Shown here piece after piece: positions 6,687-16,065 of a stretch of DNA of 64,000 nucleotides (position 1 is the stretch's first letter; each line of letters begins with the position of its first letter). The notes under the pieces were generated by a model. That model was not told the DNA's origin, searched no databases, and saw only the letters and a list, made by a program, of their open reading frames with translations. Source of the DNA: a virus; IMG/VR virus record IMGVR_UViG_3300047666_001143, positions 1 to 64,000 of that record; one strand, 5' to 3'. A program made the translations under genes and the position numbers.

Positions 6687-7739
6687 ATGATCAAAAAAAC
6701 AAGTGCAGAAATTACCAAGTGTATATTACACAAAGTTGCAAACAAGTTTAACAGTGGGCAAAATGTTTTTTCGAACGAATTAATTAAATTCGATCAGGAA
6801 AGTTATGATTTGCTTAAAAACTTCCTACTGAAACCCATGACAACTTTAACTCAGAGTTACAGGTTTACAAATGGAGCAGATGAAAGGTTTAGTAGATTAA
6901 ATTATTCAACAAAAAACATATTTCATAATCAAGATGATTTTATTGAAAATTCAATTCACATTGTAAATCACTTATTCGAACAATCAAATTCAGCTCAGAT
7001 TAAAACTGGGGACGTATTGGTAGTTTATATTGAAGGTATTGAATATAAAAATATTTTAACTGATGCAGTTGGTATTTTTAAAATTGAAAATAAGGTTGAT
7101 TTTTTCCAAACATATTTAGATGATAATGAGAGTTTCGATGTTGTTGTTCAGAAAGGTATCTCAACTAAGAAATTAGATAAAGGTTGTTTGATTTTAAATA
7201 CTTGTGATGAAGAGGGGACTGTTGTTTTATCTGTGGATAATAACAATTATGACGCTCAATATTGGATCAAGAATTTTCTGGAAGCTCAATATGCAGATGA
7301 TAGAAATCTTCACACGCAAAAATATTTGCAGATGTGTAAAGAGTTTTCCGATGATGTATTGATAGATTCTTTGGGTAAGCAAGGTCAGGCAGATTTCTTG
7401 GCGAACACTGTGGATTACTTTAAAGAGAACGAGGATTTCAATTATGAGGGTTTTAAAAATGAACTCTTTGAAGACGAGAAGCACAAGGAGATGTTTGAGG
7501 AATTCAAACGTAATTATGAATCTTTAAATGATGTGTTAATTAGAAATAATTTTGAAGTTTCTGGTGAAGTTTTGAAAAAAGAAAAGGGGAAATTAAAAAC
7601 TCAAATTAAATTGGACACTAACATACAGATTAATCTTGACATTGACGCTCCCGAAGCAGCATCAGAATACTTGGAAAGGGGTTATTGCGAAGATAAAAAA
7701 ATGAAGTTTTACAAAGTATATTTTAACGAAGAGAAATAA
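6687..7739 (+). CDS. Nucleoid-associated protein (YejK/NdpA, NA37 family), Bacteroidota type
   Basis: ILHKVANK N-terminus, HLFEQS...IKTGD, GIFKIENK, KLDKGCLI, YW..FL, IKLDTNI. Confidence 0.8.
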   Translation: MIKKTSAEITKCILHKVANKFNSGQNVFSNELIKFDQESYDLLKNFLLKPMTTLTQSYRFTNGADERFSRLNYSTKNIFHNQDDFIENSIHIVNHLFEQSNSAQIKTGDVLVVYIEGIEYKNILTDAVGIFKIENKVDFFQTYLDDNESFDVVVQKGISTKKLDKGCLILNTCDEEGTVVLSVDNNNYDAQYWIKNFLEAQYADDRNLHTQKYLQMCKEFSDDVLIDSLGKQGQADFLANTVDYFKENEDFNYEGFKNELFEDEKHKEMFEEFKRNYESLNDVLIRNNFEVSGEVLKKEKGKLKTQIKLDTNIQINLDIDAPEAASEYLERGYCEDKKMKFYKVYFNEEK

Positions 7740-8041
7740 TGATAAAATTAGATAAAAATTACACAGTAGATGTGGATAGCACTCATGGTTTCAATTTAAA
7801 TTATGAAAGTGAACCTTATAACAAAGAAGTTAATACAAAAAAAGGAAAGGAGATAAAGGAAGTAACCACAAAAGAAACTTGGTATTACCCTAAATTATCC
7901 ATGATTCTTGAAAAATATTACACTGTTAACTTAAAATCTACAACTGACAAAGAATTATTAGAATCAGTAATCAGAGTGGAAAATAATATTCAGGATTTTT
8001 CTAAGGTCTTTGCCAAAAAAGGTAGGATTTTTGAATTGTAA
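7739..8041 (+). CDS. Hypothetical protein
   Basis: Translationally coupled ORF. Confidence 0.7.
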   Translation: MIKLDKNYTVDVDSTHGFNLNYESEPYNKEVNTKKGKEIKEVTTKETWYYPKLSMILEKYYTVNLKSTTDKELLESVIRVENNIQDFSKVFAKKGRIFEL

Positions 8042-8092
8042 TATTTTAATATATTTTACTGTTATATATTTTACAGGATCAAAAATAAAAAC

Positions 8093-8222
8093 TATATTTG
8101 CATAGAACCTGTAAGGCAATAATTCTTTTTAGTGAGCTTTTAAGAAGGTTCTTTCTAATAAATAATAACCTAAACTCTTTTCTGTGCTATGGAGGTGGCA
8201 ATTCATCAGAAAAGAGTTTTTT
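8093..8222 (+). promoter_or_regulatory. Promoter (-7 TATATTTG) and structured leader of the nrdBA operon
   Basis: -7 box 8093-8100; hairpin agaacct/aggttct; 13-bp stem 8172-8184/8207-8219 followed by a T run. Confidence 0.55.
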
Positions 8223-8244
8223 AACCGATAAATTTAAAAAATGA

Positions 8245-9234
8245 ATGTCTGTATTTGAACAATTAAAACATGTAGATCCAAGATATGATAAATTCAATAA
8301 GTATGTCAATATGATGTACAGAGGATTTTGGACCCCTGCAAAATATGAAAAACTAATAAGAGAAGTAGATGTGCCCCACATAGAAAACCAAATGGAGGAG
8401 GTAGATGAAAACTGTATAAAAAACTGCATATTGGCAGTAATTTTAGTGGAAGATAAAGTTAAACTATATTGGCCCACTATTTACAATGATTTCCCTCAAA
8501 CTATATTTGGGGATATAGGAGGTTTATTCGGTATGTCTGAAGTGACTCACAGAAGAAGTTATTTTTCGTTGGCCAAGCACCTTGATATATCCATAGATGA
8601 TATTAAAGATTATTCCCAACTATCTTCTAGAATTGAGTACCTTAAAAAACACTTGGAAAAAGACCCTAAGATTATAGGTAAAAAAAGAAAACTTAAAAAA
8701 CTAATACTTTTCAGTTCGTTAGTGGAGAGATGCAGTCTATTTACTCAATTTTACATTTTAATGTCGTATGCCAAAAGAAACAGAGGGTTGAAAAACATAT
8801 CTGCTTTACAAGAGTCCACTGCCAAAGAAGAAATCATACATTATAAATTTGGTGTGGATTTAATAAAACTGGTTAAAAAAGATGAGCCTAGTTTATGGGA
8901 AGATGAGTATCTTGTTGAACTAGTGGAAAAAAATATAACAGAGGCTTATAAAGCAGAGTTGAATCTTATTGATTGGTTTTTTGAAAAAGGTGTACCTTCT
9001 CATTTAACCAAAAAAGAAGTTGTTAACTTTTTAAATTCAAATTTCAACCAAGTATCCGAAGATTTAGAATTAGGTTTAAAGTGGGATATTGATGAGGATT
9101 TATATGAAGAAAAAAATTTATGGTTTGATTTGAAAGTTAAACTCACAAATGAGGGAGACTTTTTTGACGCACCATCTGGGGGTTATGCCTCAGACGATCA
9201 AGAAGAAGATATTAACGAATTATTTAAAAACTAG
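8245..9234 (+). CDS. nrdB: Ribonucleotide reductase class I beta subunit (class Id-like)
   Basis: Ferritin-like ligands: VEDKVK, EVTHRRSY (radical Tyr), VERCSLFTQF, KEEIIH. Confidence 0.9.
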   Translation: MSVFEQLKHVDPRYDKFNKYVNMMYRGFWTPAKYEKLIREVDVPHIENQMEEVDENCIKNCILAVILVEDKVKLYWPTIYNDFPQTIFGDIGGLFGMSEVTHRRSYFSLAKHLDISIDDIKDYSQLSSRIEYLKKHLEKDPKIIGKKRKLKKLILFSSLVERCSLFTQFYILMSYAKRNRGLKNISALQESTAKEEIIHYKFGVDLIKLVKKDEPSLWEDEYLVELVEKNITEAYKAELNLIDWFFEKGVPSHLTKKEVVNFLNSNFNQVSEDLELGLKWDIDEDLYEEKNLWFDLKVKLTNEGDFFDAPSGGYASDDQEEDINELFKN

Positions 9235-9237
9235 TGA

Positions 9238-10944
9238 ATGGCATTTAATTTTATAAAAGAAGAACAATTAATATTCTTAAAAGAGGGGGGTTATTTGAAG
9301 CCCGACGAAACTACAGAGCAGAGAGTGATTGAAATAGTTTCAACTATTAAAAGTTACGAAGAACAATATAATTGGATAGGATTGTCTACTGTTATATATG
9401 AGATGATCGAAAAGAATTATCTTAGTTTATCTACTCCTGTTTTTTCAAACTTAGGAAGAGGATTGGAAAAAGGTAGGAATACAGAGGATTTACCTGCCTC
9501 TTGCAATATATTGACCTCAGATAACTCTATAGAGAGTATATCCAGAACCAACAGAGAGATAAAAATGTTATCTAAGTTAGGAGCTGGAATAGGTCCGAAC
9601 TACGATTTAATAGCTCCCAAAGGGACTGAGATAACCAAGGGGTTTTATACTAATTCAAAATTAGATTGGATAGAAGATGATGTTTCTGCTGCTCAAAAAA
9701 TCAGTCAAAGTTCCAAGAGACGAGGTTATTGTACTCCTTACATTAGTATACTAGATGAAGACTTCAATGAACTATTGAAAAGAATAGATAAAAATAATCC
9801 TAATGATTATGATGTATTAGTGAACAATACTATAGGTATTATTATTCCCTCTGGTTTTTGGGAGGAAGTAGATAAAGGAAATCAAGATTATCAAACAAGA
9901 TTAGTAAAAGTCTTAAAAGAAAGACAGAAAACAGGTAGATTATACTTATTGGATGAAGATAATTGCAATAAAAATAACTCGGAAGTATACAAAAAACTAG
10001 GGTACACTAAATGGACTTCGAATATCTGCACAGAATTTATTCAGCCTTTACAACCAGAATATACATCTGTATGTGTGATTTCTGCTTTTAATCTTGTATA
10101 TTGGGATAAGATTAAAAAAAGGCCTGATATGTTAAGAGCGATGTTTTATTTTTTAGATATAGTCAACGAAGAATATGTAAGAATAAGTAAAAATATCTCT
10201 GGAATAGAAAGAGCTTATTTAGGGGCAAAAGATAAAAGAGATATAGGAGTAGGTGCTTTGGGATTTCATGAACTACTGCAAAGTAAAAATATGGCATTCG
10301 GAGATATGTATAGTAGAGCTTTGAACAATGAGATATTTAAAACTATCAGGGGAGCAGGAGAAGAGGCAACTAAACAAATGGCAATTGATGTAGGTTCAGC
10401 ACCTATTTGTGAAAAAGCAGGTTTGTTGAGAAGAAATGCATCTTTGATGATGGTGGCTCCCAATAAATCAACATCGTTTATTTCAGGAGTTACCTCTGGA
10501 GGAATAGAGCCATTTATGAGCAATATGTTCATGAAAAACTTGGCTAAAATACAACATATATTTAAAAATAAACATTTAGAGAAACTGTTGGATAACAAAG
10601 GTAAAAATACAAAAGCAACTTGGGCTTCAATAGTTAACAACAATGGATCTGTTGAGCACTTTAATTTTTTATCCAAGCATGAAAAAGATGTGTTCAAAAC
10701 ATTCACTGAAATCAGTCCCAAGGACATTATAGATTTGGCCGCTGACAGACAAGTTTACATCGACATGGGACAAAGTTTAAATCTTATTTTCAGAAAGAAT
10801 TACACATTAAAAGATTTACTGGATATCCACAGATATGGATTTGAAAAAGGTATAAAAACTTTTTACTACGCTTATCCTAGTTCTCATGCCAGTTTAGAGG
10901 AAGATGGGGAAGATTGGGATTTTTGTGTATCATGTCAAGATTAA
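9238..10944 (+). CDS. nrdA: Ribonucleotide reductase class I alpha subunit (short, no ATP-cone evident)
   Basis: ASC, SNICTE (NxCxE), VCVIS, APNKSTS, TFYY, C-terminal CVSC. Confidence 0.93.
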   Translation: MAFNFIKEEQLIFLKEGGYLKPDETTEQRVIEIVSTIKSYEEQYNWIGLSTVIYEMIEKNYLSLSTPVFSNLGRGLEKGRNTEDLPASCNILTSDNSIESISRTNREIKMLSKLGAGIGPNYDLIAPKGTEITKGFYTNSKLDWIEDDVSAAQKISQSSKRRGYCTPYISILDEDFNELLKRIDKNNPNDYDVLVNNTIGIIIPSGFWEEVDKGNQDYQTRLVKVLKERQKTGRLYLLDEDNCNKNNSEVYKKLGYTKWTSNICTEFIQPLQPEYTSVCVISAFNLVYWDKIKKRPDMLRAMFYFLDIVNEEYVRISKNISGIERAYLGAKDKRDIGVGALGFHELLQSKNMAFGDMYSRALNNEIFKTIRGAGEEATKQMAIDVGSAPICEKAGLLRRNASLMMVAPNKSTSFISGVTSGGIEPFMSNMFMKNLAKIQHIFKNKHLEKLLDNKGKNTKATWASIVNNNGSVEHFNFLSKHEKDVFKTFTEISPKDIIDLAADRQVYIDMGQSLNLIFRKNYTLKDLLDIHRYGFEKGIKTFYYAYPSSHASLEEDGEDWDFCVSCQD

Positions 10945-10952
10945 TATTACTG

Positions 10953-11013
10953 TTAAAATTTTGTTAAAACCTGTGTATTAATTTGCGCAGGTTTTCTTTT
11001 TGCTTTATATTTG
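10953..11013 (+). terminator. Intrinsic terminator nested in a TTAA-N7-TTAA / -7 promoter module
   Basis: Stem aaaacctgtgta/tgcgcaggtttt with T-rich tail; TTAA at 10953 and 10964; TATATTTG at 11006-11013. Confidence 0.75.
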
Positions 11014-11056
11014 TACCCTAAGCAGGATATACCTGTATAACTTAAAAATAAGTGAA

Positions 11057-11341
11057 ATGAGCAGAAAAAAATTATTAGAATTATCTTTAAACGAAGATAA
11101 AAATGTAAAAAGTCTTGTAGAAGCAGTAATAACCAAAGATAAGAAATTTATCACAAGAGCAATAAACGATTTAGAACGTGAAATTGAAGATATCGAAGAA
11201 GATATTGAAAAAAGATTATCTTCTGGGGCACCTATTGATGTAGCTTTAATTGAAGTTACATACAGGGGACTTATGGATAAAGAAGAAACTTTAGGTTTAT
11301 ATAAGGAATTTGAAGATGAATATTTAAAAGATTCTGAGTAA
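11057..11341 (+). CDS. Hypothetical coiled-coil protein
   Basis: ORF 11000..11341; likely ATG at 11057, after the promoter. Confidence 0.7.
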   Translation: MSRKKLLELSLNEDKNVKSLVEAVITKDKKFITRAINDLEREIEDIEEDIEKRLSSGAPIDVALIEVTYRGLMDKEETLGLYKEFEDEYLKDSE

Positions 11342-11342
11342 A

Positions 11343-12668
11343 ATGGTTGTTAATTTCATCACTCCCACAAGACTGTCCCTTATAGATATTACATCTATGG
11401 GAGACAGTTCTAAAAGAGGAGATGCTTCTACCATTGGACAATTTGATTCTGGCTTGAAATATGCCATAGCTCTTTTGTTGAGAAATAAAGTTAAAATTGA
11501 CATTGAAGTTCATGGGGGAGAAAAAGAAAAAGGTAGTTATGAGGAACCTTATACAGATCTTTTTTCATTTGACACTTACACTGAAACTTGCGAAAGTACA
11601 GGTAAAGAGAAAGAACTTATAAAAATAAATGTAAATACTACTTATCATGGTGGGACTCCTATGTCATCCCATGATATGAGAGAGCCCTCCAACGATGAAA
11701 ACTACACTGTAAAAACTGGTTTTGCAAAAGCATTGGGGCACAATTGGGAGTTATGGATGGCATTAAGAGAATTATGGTCTAATATGTTGGATGAAGAAGG
11801 CCATATAGCCTGGGAAAAAGAAGATGTTGATTATGGAACTGTAGTAAGTCTTGTTTTTGATACTGATAATCCTTTTTATGATGTGTGGCAAAATAGGCAT
11901 CTTTATATAAATGAAAAGGAACCTCTACACATTATAAGCAACAGAGTAGATGCTTTGGAAAATAAAGAGGGTTATCTCAGAGTCTATAAACAAGATATTT
12001 TGGTTTACGAGAATAAAGATACGCCTAGTAGATTTGCTTACAATATAAAATTTGGAGAAATAGACGAAAGAAGAATACTTTCTAATTTATATTCTGTTGA
12101 AGGGAGTATCGTAGAAGCTATTATGTCAACTAAAAATCACCATTATTTAAAAGAGATTATTACATCTGATTTTGAAACTTCAGAGAAAGAGTTTTTGTCA
12201 GGTCGGACTACTTACAGTAGTGCCTCTGATATTATAAATATGCTTGCAACCGAATGTTACAATAAACACGGAGAAGTGAAATCTTATGAGTGGTTGATAA
12301 AATCTGTTAAAAAGAGAAGAGATTGTCAAATAAAAGGTAGAATTGTAACTACGGTTGAAGATAGTTTGTGGTCTTATAGTAGAGATGTAACAATAGAAAC
12401 TATTCCCGAAGTTAAAAAAGAAGAGGATACAATAGAAGTGGAAATTGAGTCTAATTTCAACTTTAAATTTAATGTGGAAGTTAAAAGAGCCAAATTAAAA
12501 GGAAGTAAAGTAATTGCAGATAAATTTAATAAAACTCTTATTTTGGATTATGACTTTGATATTACCAAAAATATGTCTGAGTTTTTTGTGCAATATATAG
12601 AGCTTACAATGGAAGGAAATGTGGTTAAAAACTTAGGGGATTATATTACCGATATTTTAAAACGTTAA
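11343..12668 (+). CDS. GHKL/HATPase-like protein with rearranged motif order
   Basis: IGQFDSGLKYA (G2-like) precedes RELWSNMLDE (N-box). Confidence 0.55.
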   Translation: MVVNFITPTRLSLIDITSMGDSSKRGDASTIGQFDSGLKYAIALLLRNKVKIDIEVHGGEKEKGSYEEPYTDLFSFDTYTETCESTGKEKELIKINVNTTYHGGTPMSSHDMREPSNDENYTVKTGFAKALGHNWELWMALRELWSNMLDEEGHIAWEKEDVDYGTVVSLVFDTDNPFYDVWQNRHLYINEKEPLHIISNRVDALENKEGYLRVYKQDILVYENKDTPSRFAYNIKFGEIDERRILSNLYSVEGSIVEAIMSTKNHHYLKEIITSDFETSEKEFLSGRTTYSSASDIINMLATECYNKHGEVKSYEWLIKSVKKRRDCQIKGRIVTTVEDSLWSYSRDVTIETIPEVKKEEDTIEVEIESNFNFKFNVEVKRAKLKGSKVIADKFNKTLILDYDFDITKNMSEFFVQYIELTMEGNVVKNLGDYITDILKR

Positions 12669-12705
12669 AATTCAGTTAAACCCTACAATTAATTTTGTGG
12701 GGTTT
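12664..12705 (+). repeat. 42-bp exact repeat, copy 1 (TTAA box + terminator hairpin, upstream of -7 TACATTTG at 12717-12724)
   Basis: gttaaaattcagttaaaccctacaattaattttgtggggttt is identical to 38987-39028. Confidence 0.92.
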
Positions 12706-12747
12706 ATTTTTTACTTTACATTTGCCTTAAACTAAAACATTAAGATA

Positions 12748-13356
12748 ATGGTGAATAATTTCGAACAAATTAAAAATATACTCACTTGGGAAACTAAAGA
12801 TGACTTTTACTTCTTGCAGATAATTCAGAGAAAAAAAGATGCAACTGATGAAATGAAAGTATCGGGTTGCAGTAATAACAGCAGGCTTGTAAAAGCTTAC
12901 TATGTTAAATCACTAGATCATTTGAACTTTATCACACCAGAGGTAATTCAACTTTGTAATGTTTTCAATGCAAGAGCTGGAATAAATTTGAATAAACGTT
13001 CTTTTGAAAAATCTGCATTGCAAAATTTAAAACTTGTAACAGATAATATTATAAATAAGAATTATGATAAAGTATACAAAACTTATTCTTCTGCTGTAGG
13101 TAAGTTTTCTCATGATTCAAATAAAAAGTGGATTATAGATATTGATAAAGAAGAATTGCATAAAGTAGAAGCTATGAAAATGTTCGTAGAATCAATACAA
13201 CCTTATGAAGATAATATTTCTAAAATTATTTGTGAAATACCTTCTAAAACTGGTTTACATTTAATAACTAAACCTTTTAATTTACAGCAGTTTAAAGAAT
13301 GTTTTCCAACAATTGATGTCCAAAAAAATAATCCAACAAATCTTTTTTGTCCATAA
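12748..13356 (+). CDS. Conserved phage protein, possibly AEP/primase-like fold
   Basis: WIIDID (DxD) and PSKTGLHL (SxxGxH) motifs. Confidence 0.5.
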   Translation: MVNNFEQIKNILTWETKDDFYFLQIIQRKKDATDEMKVSGCSNNSRLVKAYYVKSLDHLNFITPEVIQLCNVFNARAGINLNKRSFEKSALQNLKLVTDNIINKNYDKVYKTYSSAVGKFSHDSNKKWIIDIDKEELHKVEAMKMFVESIQPYEDNISKIICEIPSKTGLHLITKPFNLQQFKECFPTIDVQKNNPTNLFCP

Positions 13357-13595
13357 TGAGTAAATTTAATTCTTTGGAAGTAGTTGCATGTGTTCGGCCA
13401 GGAGATCCCCAAAACGGTCTTGTAAAGGGAAATCACTACACTATATATAGATGTTTTGTAGATGCATCTGATAATGATGCTGTGGAATTAATAGAATTAG
13501 ATCCTCCGTATCCATTAAAAGGTTTTTTGGAATACAGATTTGAAAAATTAGTAGGTGACGAAGCTAAAGTGGAAAAGCTAGAAGAAACTATTTAA
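13356..13595 (+). CDS. Hypothetical protein
   Basis: Coupled ORF. Confidence 0.65.
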   Translation: MSKFNSLEVVACVRPGDPQNGLVKGNHYTIYRCFVDASDNDAVELIELDPPYPLKGFLEYRFEKLVGDEAKVEKLEETI

Positions 13596-13636
13596 CATAT
13601 TATTAAGATATGTTTTAAATAAAATGTATATCTTTG
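13592..13636 (+). promoter_or_regulatory. Promoter (-7 TATCTTTG) with TTAA-N7-TTAA box
   Basis: TTAA at 13592 and 13603; -7 at 13629-13636. Confidence 0.7.
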
Positions 13637-13773
13637 TCATATGAAAGTACAGAAAAAACACAAAACACAATATATTGTGTGTATGAAACCACAAAAACCG
13701 ATTAAGAAAGAAAGTCAAACAGTTAATTTTTCAATTAAGAGTTATTTACAAATAGTCATAAATAAATTAAAAT

Positions 13774-14790
13774 ATGGAATTTAAAGCATACCACAAAATT
13801 AGACAGTTTTATAATATCGTAAGAGATATTCAATTCAAAGCAAACTTTCAAGGTCAAGGATCAGATGGAGAGCCTTTATATGAAGAGACTGTAAAACCAA
13901 CTCTTACTTTTATAGCAACAACTAAATTGCACGGTACAAATGCAGGAGTATGTTACACTCCAAAGAAAGGAGTTGTGGCTCAAAAAAGAGGATCCTTAAT
14001 TGGAAAAGAAGAACTTGCTTCTCACTTTGGTTTTAATCAATTTGTTCAAGTTGAGAAAAAACTATTCTTCACCGATTTGATGGAAGAATTATATACTGAA
14101 CATTGTAAATTTGGAGAACAACTTACTATCTACGGAGAATGGGCAGGAAAAGGTATTCAAAAATCAGTGGGTATTTCAGAATTACCCAAAGGTTTTTATA
14201 TTTTTGATTGTAAGATTTACAATGCGGAAAAAGATACACAAAGATGGTTAGATATTACAGATTGGATATTTGAATCAGACAAAGTATTCAATATAAATGA
14301 GTTTCCAACTTGGAAGTTGAATATAGATTTTAATAAACCAGGCTTATTTCAAAATAAATTAGTTGAAATTACAGAGCAAATAGAAAAAGAATGTCCTGTA
14401 TCTAAACAATTAGGTATAGATAATTCTTTGGGTGAAGGTGCAGTGTGGACTTGTTATTGGAATGAAGAGAAATATATATTCAAAGTAAAAGGAGAGAAAC
14501 ACAGCGTATCTAGGGTTAAAAAATTAGCCTCAGTGGATCCAGAAGTAGTTAATTCTATTTACGAATTTGTGGAGTATGCTTGTACTCCAAATAGAATTGA
14601 ACAGGGTATTCAAGAAGTCAACGCAACAGAAAAAAGAGATATGCCAGCGTTGTTAAAATGGGTGGTCAATGATATTATCACTGAAGAAACAGACACTTTA
14701 ATTGCAAATGGTTTGGAATGGAAACAAGTTGCGAGTAATTGTTCTAATAGAGTTAGGCAATATTTTTTTAATAAAATAGAAAAAGTTTAA
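13774..14790 (+). CDS. RNA ligase, Rnl2 family
   Basis: Motif I TKLHGTN, III GEWAG, IIIa FD, IV EGAV, V KVK. Confidence 0.85.
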   Translation: MEFKAYHKIRQFYNIVRDIQFKANFQGQGSDGEPLYEETVKPTLTFIATTKLHGTNAGVCYTPKKGVVAQKRGSLIGKEELASHFGFNQFVQVEKKLFFTDLMEELYTEHCKFGEQLTIYGEWAGKGIQKSVGISELPKGFYIFDCKIYNAEKDTQRWLDITDWIFESDKVFNINEFPTWKLNIDFNKPGLFQNKLVEITEQIEKECPVSKQLGIDNSLGEGAVWTCYWNEEKYIFKVKGEKHSVSRVKKLASVDPEVVNSIYEFVEYACTPNRIEQGIQEVNATEKRDMPALLKWVVNDIITEETDTLIANGLEWKQVASNCSNRVRQYFFNKIEKV

Positions 14791-14880
14791 TTATGGCAAG
14801 CGCAAAGACAAAATTCAACAGATTTATTTACATACTTGTCTGTATTATAATTACAGTGTTAATCTTAAAATACAATTAAA

Positions 14881-15018
14881 ATGGAAGCATTTGATGAACA
14901 CCCAAGTAACCCTTTGAATAATGAAAAAACGGAAATCTGCAATGTATGTGAAGTACCTGTATATGAAGAGGGGGTTTGCAGCTCAAAAGTATGTCGTAAA
15001 GTAGATAACGAATTGTAA
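14881..15018 (+). CDS. Small Cys-rich protein (not in the ORF track)
   Basis: MEAFDEHPSNPLNNEKTEICNVCEVPVYEEGVCSSKVCRKVDNEL. Confidence 0.55.
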   Translation: MEAFDEHPSNPLNNEKTEICNVCEVPVYEEGVCSSKVCRKVDNEL

Positions 15019-15029
15019 AAATATAAATT

Positions 15030-15209
15030 ATGTTAGGAGATTTATTTAAAGCAGTGGGACAAATTATTGGAACTGTAGCAGGACCAATTATAGGTATTAG
15101 TTATGATATTATAGCTACCACATTAGGGATATCTGTTGCAATGGTTGCTGAGGCTGTAAAAGCTGGATGTGAATCATATGAAGATATTAAAGATTATCAT
15201 AAAATATAA
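15030..15209 (+). CDS. Small hydrophobic protein (59 aa; not in the ORF track)
   Basis: MLGDLFKAVGQIIGTVAGPIIGISYDIIATTLGISVAMVAEAVKAGCESYEDIKDYHKI with A-rich leader. Confidence 0.6.
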   Translation: MLGDLFKAVGQIIGTVAGPIIGISYDIIATTLGISVAMVAEAVKAGCESYEDIKDYHKI

Positions 15210-15213
15210 AATT

Positions 15214-15426
15214 ATGGAAGATAGACATTTAGAAAGAAATGCAAACGATGCAAAAAGTCAAGTAGAATCAGTAATAGATGATCTTATTAATGAAGTCGAA
15301 AGATTGGAAACTGAGAAAAGCGAATTTGAAGGACAGGTTGGCGATTTGGAAAATGATTTGAGTACTTTAGAGGAAAGAATTAGGGACTTGGAAAACGAAA
15401 ACGAGGAATTAAAAAATCAAGAATAA
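15214..15426 (+). CDS. Acidic coiled-coil protein
   Basis: Heptad pattern; likely ATG at 15214. Confidence 0.7.
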   Translation: MEDRHLERNANDAKSQVESVIDDLINEVERLETEKSEFEGQVGDLENDLSTLEERIRDLENENEELKNQE

Positions 15427-15427
15427 T

Positions 15428-16063
15428 ATGGAAATTACTTGCATCAGCGATACGCATGAATTGCACAAAAAAGTCACTATCCAACCAACAGATTTATTAT
15501 TATTTGGAGGAGATTGTATGGCTTCTGGATACGATTATAAAAATTTAATTGATTTTTTAGATTGGTTTTCAATTCAACCTGCAAAATACAAAGTTATGAT
15601 TGCTGGGAACCATGATAGATGGATAGAAGATAATCCCAAGGAATTCAGAAAACTTTTAATAGATTACCCGAGTATAATCTATTTGGAAGATGACTTTACA
15701 ATTATTGAAGGCTTAAAAATTTATGGTACACCTCATTCTAAGATGTTTTATAATTGGGCCTTCAATAGAACTGAAGTAGAACTAGTTGCACTATTTGATA
15801 AAATACCTAATGATGTAGATATTTTATTGAGTCACGCCCCGCCTTATACAATATTAGATGAATTAGTTGACGGACAGTGTGTGGGAGAAAATACTTTGAA
15901 AAATAAGATATACCAATTAAAAAATTTAAAATTAAATGTATTTGGACATATACACAATTGTTTTGGTATGATAAAACCTCATGGAAAACATATATCTGCA
16001 AATGCATCACAAGTAGATGAAAACTACGAATTAAATAACTTTCCACTAATAATAAATATATAA
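15428..16063 (+). CDS. Calcineurin-like metallophosphoesterase
   Basis: SDTH, GGD, AGNHD, SHAPP, FGHIH. Confidence 0.88.
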   Translation: MEITCISDTHELHKKVTIQPTDLLLFGGDCMASGYDYKNLIDFLDWFSIQPAKYKVMIAGNHDRWIEDNPKEFRKLLIDYPSIIYLEDDFTIIEGLKIYGTPHSKMFYNWAFNRTEVELVALFDKIPNDVDILLSHAPPYTILDELVDGQCVGENTLKNKIYQLKNLKLNVFGHIHNCFGMIKPHGKHISANASQVDENYELNNFPLIINI

Positions 16064-16065
16064 AA

